Both the position numbers and the translations under genes were made by a program. The notes below the pieces were generated by a model. The model was not told the DNA's origin. It worked only from the letters and a program-made list of their open reading frames with translations, and did no database searches. 64,000 nt of DNA, from NCBI GenBank assembly GCA_965227295.1, contig OZ245742.1, forward strand, positions 2,368,001 through 2,432,000, in the 5' to 3' direction. This document shows, piece by piece, positions 56,598 to 64,000 of this stretch. Position 1 is the stretch's first letter, and every line of letters begins with the position of its first letter. This stretch comes from Leptonemataceae bacterium (GTDB taxonomy: Bacteria; Spirochaetota; Leptospiria; Leptospirales; Leptonemataceae).

Positions 56598-59500
56598 ATG
56601 CGACGACTGAGTGTTACGCAACGAAAGTTAGTGATGAGCGCGCTGTGTGCGGCGGTGCTGGTCTGCGCTTTTACCGTGTCGGCCGACGTCACGGCGAACT
56701 GGGGCTACACCGGCGCGAATGGACCGCGGCACTGGGCGAAACTGAGCGACGAGTTCTCCGTATGCGCGAACGGACGGCGCCAGTCACCGATCGATTTACC
56801 GGAAGCGTCCGCGGGCACGTCCGCGGGTTCCGCGCCCATGCTTGCATTTACGTACGAAGCAAGCGATCTGGAAATCATCAACACCGGCCACACCATCCAG
56901 GCGAACGTGCCGCCGGGCAACAGCCTGCGCGTCGGTGATGATGTGTACGAACTCGTGCAGTTTCATTTTCACAGTCCGTCCGAGAACCAGGTCGACGGCC
57001 GCTCGTATCCCCTGGAGATGCACCTCGTCCATCGTAACGAGGACGGGGACCTGGCCGTGGTCGGCGTGCTGTTCGAAGACGGCCCGGCCAATGCGGAACT
57101 CGCCGGGATCTGGGAGGACCTGCCGGAGGATGCCGGGGCTACCGTCGAAGTATCGCTGAACCCGGAGCAGCTTCTGCCGGCGGAGCGTTCGTTCTACCGG
57201 TTCGGCGGTTCGCTGACCACGCCGCCGTGCAGCGAAGGCGTAGACTGGTTTGTCCTGGCGGAACCGCGGACGATTTCCACCGGGCAAGCCCGGGCCTTCG
57301 TCGATTTGATCGGCGAAAACGCACGTCCGCCGCAGCCGCTCTTCGGCCGCACGATCACTTTCGTGAGCGACGGCACGGCCCGCCGTCTCGGTGAGGCGGA
57401 GCTGACACCGCAGGCCCCCGGACAGGATGCTCCGCATGAGCCCGCGGACGGCGAGGGCGATTGGGGCCTGTACGCCTTTATCGCCGGCGTCCTTATTTTT
57501 GTTGCAATCTTTCTTTTTTTGATGATGCGTAAATCTGGAGACTCTATGAACTTTCTTGATCGTTTTACTCTACGTACGAAGATTCTCGGCCTCGTAATGC
57601 TGCTCATATTGATGAACGCCGCGGTAGCCGCTTACGTCATGCTGACGCTGAACAGCCTGGGCCGAGAACTCGTGGAAATCGCTGAGCGGGACCTGCCGCT
57701 GAGTGATGCCGTCGCCGCGGTGACGGAGAAGCAGCTGGAACAGGCTGTGACCTTTGAACGTACCCTGCGTTTTACGGATCGTCCGGCGCAGTTTCGCGAA
57801 AACGAACAGGCGTTCCTCAAACTCAACCGCCAGGTGGAAAAGGGCCTCGCTGAGACGCGCCAGTCCGTGGATGGTTTTTTGAACGGGCGATTGTCCTCCC
57901 GGGCCCGAACAGTTTTTGAAGATGCGTCCGTGCGCCTGGCGGAGATTGCCGAACTGCACGAGGACTACGGCGATCTCGGCACGGCGATGCTCGCGGCCGG
58001 CGGGGAGGCAGGTACGGCGGACGACCGACGTGTGGAAGAACTACAAACTACTGTTGACAAAATGTTAACGTCCCTCCAGCGCGATCTGGCGAAGTTTACC
58101 GAGGCCACCGCCCGGGACGCCGAGGAACACGAGCGAACCGCCTTTATCGTGGTGAGCGTTCTCTCCGTGGCGGTCTTGGTCCTCGGGCTGCTGCTGGGCC
58201 TGGGCATTGCACGGAACGTACTGCGCCAGCTCGGTGGAGATCCGGCGCTGCTGGCGACCATCGCGGAGCGAGTCGCCGGGGGCGAGTACGACGCCGCCGC
58301 GGAAGTAGTCGCTCAGGATAGTAGCGATGACGGAGACAACGAGGCCCGGGGGCTCATGGGATCCATGGTAACCATGGCCGCCAATCTCAAGGCGAACGTC
58401 GGTGAGATGCTGCGCGTCCAGGTGGCCCTCGATAACTCTTCGACGAACGTAATGATCTGCGATCCCGAGTTCACCATCATGTACATTAACAACGCCATGC
58501 GCAGTTTGTTCCAGCGGGCCGAGGCGGACATTCGCAAAGACCTGCCGCAGTTTTCGGCGGACTCCGTGCTCGGTTCGTCCATAGATCGATTCCACAAGAA
58601 CGTGGCGCACCAGCGCGGGGTCCTGAACAATCTGGCCGGCACGCATCGCACGACCATTCAGCTCGGCGGGCTCACTGTCGATTTTACTGTCAACGCGATC
58701 GTGGACTCCGACGGCAAGAAGTACGGCTTTGTCATGGAATGGAGGGACCGCACGGACGAGGTCGCCGTGGAACGCGAAGTGGAAGCCATTGTTACCTCCG
58801 CTTCGCGCGGGGATTTCACCGGTCGCATCGACATGCAGGGCAAACACGGATTCTTTGAGCGTCTCAGTGAAGGCATCAACGCGCTCATGGAAACCAGCGA
58901 TACCGGCCTAAGTGAAGTTGTGCGCGTGTTAACAGCCATGGAGGCCGGCAATCTTACGGATCGCATCGACAACGAGTACGACGGGACCTTCGGTCGTCTC
59001 AAGGACGCCTCCAATAATACCCAGGAGCGTCTCTCCGACGTAATCGTCAACGTGCGTTCGAATGCCGAGGCCCTGGCCGGCGCCTCGGAGGAAGTGAGCG
59101 CGACGGCGCAGTCCATGAGCCAGGGGGCCTCCGAGCAGGCGGCCAGCGTGGAAGAGACCGGCGCGTCCCTCGAAGAGATGACGGCCAGCATCACGCAAAA
59201 CGCGCAGAACGCGAAGGCGACGGAGGACATTGCCCTCAAGACCGCCACGTCCAGCGAGGAGGGCGGCAAGGCCGTCGCCGAAACCGTGGAAGCCATGCGC
59301 CGCATTGCGGAGAAGATCTCCATTATTGAAGAAATCGCGTATCAAACGAATCTCCTGGCGCTGAACGCCGCCATTGAAGCGGCCCGGGCCGGGGAACACG
59401 GCAAGGGTTTTGCGGTCGTAGCTACCGAAGTTCGTAAGTTAGCCGAGCGTTCCCAGGTGGCGGCGCAGGAAATCGGCGGCCTGGCTTCGAACAGCGTGGA

Positions 59501-59891
59501 CATTGCCGAACGCGCGGGCACGTTGTTGGATGAGATCGTGCCGAGCATTCGCAAGACCGCGGACCTGGTGCAGGAGATTACCGCGGCGTCCCAGGAACAG
59601 AACACGAACGTCGAACAGATCAATGCGGCGGTAGGCCAACTCGACAAGCTGGCCCAGAGCAACGCCTCTTCCGCCGAAGAACTGGCAAGTACCGCGGAAG
59701 AACTTTCCGGCCAGGCCCAGCAGTTGCAGCACATGATGGAGTTTTTCAAACTCAAAGCGGAAGCGGCCGGTAACGCCGGCACGATTCCCGGCTCTCCCGC
59801 CACGCCGGCGGCGAAACCGGAACCGAAGCCTGCGCCGCGCCTGGCTCCGACGCCGCCGGAATTTCAGGAGGACGATTTTGAGCGCTTCTGA
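56598..59891 (+). CDS. Alpha-carbonic anhydrase - methyl-accepting chemotaxis protein fusion (signal peptide, CA, TM, TM, helical sensor, TM, HAMP, Aer2-type PAS, HAMP, MA, pentapeptide)
   Basis: One uninterrupted frame: WGYTG...[35 protein letters not shown]; three TMs; [11 protein letters not shown]...[37 protein letters not shown]-terminal DFERF. Confidence 0.93.
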   Translation: MRRLSVTQRKLVMSALCAAVLVCAFTVSADVTANWGYTGANGPRHWAKLSDEFSVCANGRRQSPIDLPEASAGTSAGSAPMLAFTYEASDLEIINTGHTIQANVPPGNSLRVGDDVYELVQFHFHSPSENQVDGRSYPLEMHLVHRNEDGDLAVVGVLFEDGPANAELAGIWEDLPEDAGATVEVSLNPEQLLPAERSFYRFGGSLTTPPCSEGVDWFVLAEPRTISTGQARAFVDLIGENARPPQPLFGRTITFVSDGTARRLGEAELTPQAPGQDAPHEPADGEGDWGLYAFIAGVLIFVAIFLFLMMRKSGDSMNFLDRFTLRTKILGLVMLLILMNAAVAAYVMLTLNSLGRELVEIAERDLPLSDAVAAVTEKQLEQAVTFERTLRFTDRPAQFRENEQAFLKLNRQVEKGLAETRQSVDGFLNGRLSSRARTVFEDASVRLAEIAELHEDYGDLGTAMLAAGGEAGTADDRRVEELQTTVDKMLTSLQRDLAKFTEATARDAEEHERTAFIVVSVLSVAVLVLGLLLGLGIARNVLRQLGGDPALLATIAERVAGGEYDAAAEVVAQDSSDDGDNEARGLMGSMVTMAANLKANVGEMLRVQVALDNSSTNVMICDPEFTIMYINNAMRSLFQRAEADIRKDLPQFSADSVLGSSIDRFHKNVAHQRGVLNNLAGTHRTTIQLGGLTVDFTVNAIVDSDGKKYGFVMEWRDRTDEVAVEREVEAIVTSASRGDFTGRIDMQGKHGFFERLSEGINALMETSDTGLSEVVRVLTAMEAGNLTDRIDNEYDGTFGRLKDASNNTQERLSDVIVNVRSNAEALAGASEEVSATAQSMSQGASEQAASVEETGASLEEMTASITQNAQNAKATEDIALKTATSSEEGGKAVAETVEAMRRIAEKISIIEEIAYQTNLLALNAAIEAARAGEHGKGFAVVATEVRKLAERSQVAAQEIGGLASNSVDIAERAGTLLDEIVPSIRKTADLVQEITAASQEQNTNVEQINAAVGQLDKLAQSNASSAEELASTAEELSGQAQQLQHMMEFFKLKAEAAGNAGTIPGSPATPAAKPEPKPAPRLAPTPPEFQEDDFERF

Positions 59892-60462
59892 GGCCGCGGA
59901 AACCCGGCGCGGCCGGGAAGAACAGTTTCTCACGTTTCACCTGGGCGACGAGGTCTACGGCATTGAAGTCCTGCGCGTGAAAGAGATTCTCCAGTACTCC
60001 GGCATCACGAAGGTGCCGCGGACGCCGCCGTACATCCAGGGTGTCATCAATCTCCGGGGCAGCGTGGTGCCGGTGGTGGATTTGCTGCACTTGTTTGCGG
60101 AAGCGTCCGTGAGCGTGGGACGCAAGACCTGTGTGATCATTGTGGAGGTTCGCTCCCAGGCGCAGGAGGGCGGCATTGAAGCGGGCATCATCGTGGACGC
60201 CGTGGACCAGGTACTGAACGTCAACACGACTTCGATCGAAGCGGCCCCCGGTTTTGGAACGAAGGCGGGTCCGAAGTTTATTCGCGGCATGGCGCCGCGC
60301 AACGCCGCCAGCGACGCCGCCGAATCCTCCGGGGACGAGGCGGGCGGCGACGCCGACCGACACAAGGACGAGGGCTTCGTGATTTTGCTGGACCTGGACA
60401 AAATCCTGGTGCCGGAACATCTGCAGGCCCTGGGCGATGCGAACGCCGTGTCGCAGGACTAA
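59878..60462 (+). CDS. cheW: Chemotaxis coupling protein
   Basis: [39 protein letters not shown] start with AGGAGG 6 nt upstream. Confidence 0.95.
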   Translation: MSASEAAETRRGREEQFLTFHLGDEVYGIEVLRVKEILQYSGITKVPRTPPYIQGVINLRGSVVPVVDLLHLFAEASVSVGRKTCVIIVEVRSQAQEGGIEAGIIVDAVDQVLNVNTTSIEAAPGFGTKAGPKFIRGMAPRNAASDAAESSGDEAGGDADRHKDEGFVILLDLDKILVPEHLQALGDANAVSQD

Positions 60463-60484
60463 GATACTCTGAGATTATGTTAGC

Positions 60485-61327
60485 ATGATGACGCAGTCCC
60501 CCGCCACGTCTCCCGCGGCCGAGCTCAGCGACGCCGACTTTTCCCTGTTCCGGACGCTCATGGCCGTCGAGGCCGGGGTTCACCTCGGAGACAACAAGAA
60601 GACCCTGGTCGTTTCCCGCCTCGGGCGTCGCGTGCGGGACCTGGCCGGAGGGAACTTCCGTGCGTACCACTCGCTCTTAAAGGATGATCCCGTGGAACTG
60701 CGCTTCGCCGTGGACGTGCTGACCACGAACGAAACGTTTTTCTTTCGTGAGCCGCAGCACTTTCAGTTCCTGGGACGGGAGATCCTGGCGCGGGCCTCCG
60801 GCAAACTGCGCATCTGGTCGGCGGCGTGTTCCACCGGCGAAGAACCCTACAGCATCGCCCTGGTCTGCGCGGACCGCGGTGTGTCGGCGCAGATCCTGGC
60901 CACGGATGTGAACGCCTCGGTCCTGGGCAAGGGCCGAGCGGCCTTGTATCCCCTGGAACGGAGCAGGGAGTTGCCCGCGTACTACTTAAAGAAATTCGGC
61001 CTGCGCGGCGTGCGTTCCATGGGACACTACTTCACGTTCACGCCGGAGGTTCGTCGCATGGTAACCTTTGATCGAATGAACCTTGTGGCCGGTGCGCTGC
61101 CGGGTCAGGAATTTGACTGTATCTTTCTCAGAAACGTAATGATCTACTTCTCCCGGGAGACCAAGGAGCAGGTACTGCGCCGCCTGGCAGGGTGTTTGAA
61201 GATCGGCGGTTACCTGATGATCGGTCACTCGGAGACCCTGCACGGCCTCGGCGCGAACACCGGTAATCGCAAGGCTTTCGGCTTCCAACTGGTGCGGCCG
61301 GCGATCTACCAACGGGTTGTGGAATGA
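60485..61327 (+). CDS. cheR: Chemotaxis methyltransferase
   Basis: LTTNETFFFREPQHF, IWSAACSTGEEPYS, FLRNVMIYF, IGHSE. Confidence 0.96.
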   Translation: MMTQSPATSPAAELSDADFSLFRTLMAVEAGVHLGDNKKTLVVSRLGRRVRDLAGGNFRAYHSLLKDDPVELRFAVDVLTTNETFFFREPQHFQFLGREILARASGKLRIWSAACSTGEEPYSIALVCADRGVSAQILATDVNASVLGKGRAALYPLERSRELPAYYLKKFGLRGVRSMGHYFTFTPEVRRMVTFDRMNLVAGALPGQEFDCIFLRNVMIYFSRETKEQVLRRLAGCLKIGGYLMIGHSETLHGLGANTGNRKAFGFQLVRPAIYQRVVE

Positions 61328-61848
61328 ATCATACGAGGCCGGAGTTCATAGTCGAAATCTTTTTGCAGCCCGGGGAGTTCCTCTGGGGCGACGAGAGCAA
61401 TCGCATTCGGACCCTCCTCGGCTCGTGCGTGAGCCTGACTTTCCATCATCCGAACTTAAACATCGGCGGGATGTGCCATTTTATGCTTCCTTCCCGGGAG
61501 CGAAAGCTGGATGAAGGCCTTTCGGGGCGTTACGCCGACGAGTGTCTGCTTTTGTTTATTGAAGCCATTCAACGCAGCGGGACGCGACCCCGGGACTACG
61601 AGGTCAAGATGTTCGGCGGCGGGAACATGTTCCCGACCCTGGCGGAACAGAAGGCCGGCGTCATCGGTGAGCGCAACGTAAACACGGCGCGCGATCTCAT
61701 TGCCCGGCACGGCCTCAAGCTGGTGGCCGAAGACGTCGGCGGCGTGGTACACCGGCGACTGCTCTTCGACGTATGGAGCGGGGACGTCTGGCTCAAACGC
61801 CTGGATCCGGTGCGCGAATCCCCGGCAGCGGTGGCACGGCCGTCTTAA
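61324..61848 (+). CDS. cheD: Chemoreceptor glutamine deamidase
   Basis: TLLGSCV, GGMCHFMLP, KMFGGGNMF, IGERN, EDVGG. Confidence 0.95.
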   Translation: MNHTRPEFIVEIFLQPGEFLWGDESNRIRTLLGSCVSLTFHHPNLNIGGMCHFMLPSRERKLDEGLSGRYADECLLLFIEAIQRSGTRPRDYEVKMFGGGNMFPTLAEQKAGVIGERNVNTARDLIARHGLKLVAEDVGGVVHRRLLFDVWSGDVWLKRLDPVRESPAAVARPS

Positions 61849-61871
61849 TATGCGCCGGGTAATCCTTAGCA

Positions 61872-62972
61872 ATGGCAGATGAAGGCGGCATACGAGTCCT
61901 GGTGGTGGACGATTCGGCCGTGGTCCGCCGAACCATGACCGAAATTCTCCAGGACGACCCCGGCATTCGCAGCATCGAAACCGCGGCGGATCCCATCTTT
62001 GCCCGACAGAAGATGCAGGTCTTTCGCCCGGACGTCATGATCCTGGACATCGAGATGCCGCGCATGGACGGCCTCACGTTCTTAAAGCAGATCATGTCCG
62101 AGTCGCCGCTACCGGTGCTCATCTGTTCCACGCTCACCCAGGCCGGCGCCCCGGCGACGCTCGAAGCCATGCGCTACGGCGCCCTGGGGGTGATCGCGAA
62201 GCCCGGCCTGGGGTTGAAAGGTTATCTCGAAGATGAGGCCGATCGGCTGCGTCGTTCCGTGCGCCAGGCCGCCGGGGTCCGACTGAAGTCGCGTTCCGGC
62301 ACGGGTTCGCTGAAGGCGGAAGCCACCGCGGCGCGCGCCTTCGAGGCAAGCGCGGCAAAGAAGACGCCGGCAGTGAGCGGGCGCAGCGGATACGATTTGA
62401 TTGCCATGGGTACGTCGGCGGGCGGCACCACGGCCCTGGAGGTGGTGCTGAGCGCCCTACCGGTACAGTGCCCGGGCATCGTGGTGGTGCAGCACATGCC
62501 GGCGAAGTTCACCGCGGCCTTCGCGGACCGCCTGAACGCGCACAGCCCGCTGGATGTCAGCGAAGCGAAGGACGGCGACGAGGTCCGGCCGGGTACGGCG
62601 CTCATTGCTCCCGGGGATCGGCACATGGTACTGCGCTCATCTTCGGCAGGTAAAAGTTACTCGGTGCAAATTAAGGACGGTCCGCCGATCAATCATCATC
62701 GTCCGTCGGTGGACGTGTTGTTTCGTTCCGTCGCGGTTACGGCGGGGCCACGGGCGTTGGGTGTGATCATGACGGGCATGGGCGACGACGGCGCCGCGGG
62801 TCTGGAAGAGATGCGCGACGCCGGCGCGTATACGATCGGTCAGGACGAGGCCTCGTGCACGGTCTACGGCATGCCGCGGGCCGCGTTCGAACGCGGGGCG
62901 GTGATGCAACAGGTGGCGCTGACTTCGATTCCGGCGGCGATTCTGCGCGCGTTGTATGCGGCGAAGGGCTGA
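61872..62972 (+). CDS. cheB: Chemotaxis methylesterase with REC domain
   Basis: VLVVDDS, LDIEMPRMDG, GTSAGG, VQHMP, HRPSVDVLF, TGMGDDG, YGMP. Confidence 0.97.
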   Translation: MADEGGIRVLVVDDSAVVRRTMTEILQDDPGIRSIETAADPIFARQKMQVFRPDVMILDIEMPRMDGLTFLKQIMSESPLPVLICSTLTQAGAPATLEAMRYGALGVIAKPGLGLKGYLEDEADRLRRSVRQAAGVRLKSRSGTGSLKAEATAARAFEASAAKKTPAVSGRSGYDLIAMGTSAGGTTALEVVLSALPVQCPGIVVVQHMPAKFTAAFADRLNAHSPLDVSEAKDGDEVRPGTALIAPGDRHMVLRSSSAGKSYSVQIKDGPPINHHRPSVDVLFRSVAVTAGPRALGVIMTGMGDDGAAGLEEMRDAGAYTIGQDEASCTVYGMPRAAFERGAVMQQVALTSIPAAILRALYAAKG

Positions 62973-62975
62973 GGC

Positions 62976-63075
62976 CGTAACGCAAACTCTGGATAACGTT
63001 ACCGTACGCAACGAATTCCGTTCGAACTACGGCGGCATGTTCGGAATGTTCGGCCTCTTCCTGGCATCGCCCGGG
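62976..63075 (+). pseudogene. Possible fragment of a DUF4345-like membrane protein gene
   Basis: Startless frame encoding LDNVTVRNEFRSNYGGMFGMFGLFL; resemblance from memory only. Confidence 0.25.
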
Positions 63076-63116
63076 CGTACTCAAAATTTCCGTGCACCTG
63101 TAAAAATTTATGCGGT

Positions 63117-64000
63117 CTACGTTCGGGAGTCTCCTCCCTGAATTTCAGCTCTCAAGCGTGACGCATCCCGGGCGGGGGAAGCGCCGAAGAAGCGAGCGTA
63201 TTCCCGGGTAAACTGGGAGGCGCTTTCGTAGCCGACTTCTACGGCAACATGTGTTACCGGAATGCCTCCGAGCACCAACAGGCGCCTGGCCTCCAGCAGC
63301 CGCAGTCGTTTCTGGAATTGAAGGGGGCTCAGGCCGGTGATTTGTTTGAATCGGCGATGAAACGTCGTGACCGCCATGCCCGCCCTGGCTGCCAGACGTT
63401 TGATTTCCAGTGCTTCCGCGTAGTGACCGTGAATCCACTCCAGGGCCCTGTGGAGATTCGTTCCTCCTCCTTCCGCGAGGCAGTGTTGTCGCAGGCGCCA
63501 TCCCTGCGGGCCGGTCAGAACCCGGTACAGGATTTCGCGTTCATACGCCGGCGCAAGGCCGGGGATGTGTTCGGGTGTTTTTGTAAGTCGTAGCAAGCGC
63601 AGCCACGCATCGAGGAAGTCCGCCGTCGGTGTGCAGGCGGAGAAGGTTTCGATGGCAGCGCTGTCATCCCGGGAATCGTTCGAAAGATCTTTTAATAAAT
63701 CCAGAAGCGGAGGCCGTGTCAAGTTGAGGCCCAGCGATACGTACGGGAGGCCCCGCGGTCCCTGATGGACGCGTCCGGTTGCCGGCACCCGGGCGGGGAT
63801 GACGAAGTAGGACGGGGCCTTCAGCAGGACCACATCGGTGCCGATGGAAATCGTTTTCGCTCCCTGAACCACGAGTCCGATCATCGGTTCGTAAACGGCC
63901 GCGAGCTGGTGTTCGGGAACTTCACCGCGGATCATAACCACGCCGGGTAAACCGGTCTCTGTCGGTTCGGTGCCTGCTTCGATCGTTAGCCGGGCAATCT
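63117..64000 (-). CDS. AraC-family transcriptional regulator (YqhC-like); 5' end outside the window
   Basis: VYEPMIGLVVQGAK, REILYRVL, FKQITGLSPLQFQKRLRLLEAR, VGYESASQFTREYARFFG; frame open to the window edge. Confidence 0.93.
   Translation of the reverse strand, partial: IARLTIEAGTEPTETGLPGVVMIRGEVPEHQLAAVYEPMIGLVVQGAKTISIGTDVVLLKAPSYFVIPARVPATGRVHQGPRGLPYVSLGLNLTRPPLLDLLKDLSNDSRDDSAAIETFSACTPTADFLDAWLRLLRLTKTPEHIPGLAPAYEREILYRVLTGPQGWRLRQHCLAEGGGTNLHRALEWIHGHYAEALEIKRLAARAGMAVTTFHRRFKQITGLSPLQFQKRLRLLEARRLLVLGGIPVTHVAVEVGYESASQFTREYARFFGASPARDASRLRAEIQGGDSRT

Noticed and set aside
1..64000. CRISPR array, tRNA or rRNA genes
   Set aside because: No regularly spaced short repeats with unique spacers, and no tRNA or rRNA-like sequence recognised.

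Overview
GC-rich bacterial chromosome window, most consistent with a Leptospiraceae-like spirochaete (inferred from protein types, not from a database search). 1-14.7 kb is an accessory island: a group IIC intron sits in-frame inside a giant Leptospira 'longest protein'-like gene with a variable C-terminus. That gene is followed by a coupled putative immunity gene, an IS481 with a 7-bp target duplication, and two further 5'-truncated copies (cassettes) of the same gene. Each cassette is preceded by the same ~400-bp module (integrase-element end, perfect 26-bp palindrome, GC-rich multi-hairpin repeat). 14.9-25 kb is a sigma54-driven nitrate/nitrite assimilation operon. 25-49 kb holds housekeeping and envelope genes (lipA, MFS transporter, coaD, RDD-SpoIIM-MoxR-DUF58 cluster, SSS transporter, epimerase, orphan fliG), a DEDDh exonuclease that has lost catalytic residues, a MIG-like glycosylase, a REC-GGDEF-EAL protein and an orphan Dcm-like methyltransferase. 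49-53 kb has a membrane-bound sigma54 activator divergent from a secreted hydrolase. 53.6-63 kb is a complete chemosensory operon whose single receptor is an in-frame fusion of an intact-looking alpha-carbonic anhydrase to a membrane MCP with an Aer2-type heme-PAS domain. The best candidates for undescribed systems are this carbonic anhydrase-chemoreceptor fusion and the repeat-delimited polymorphic cassette array.
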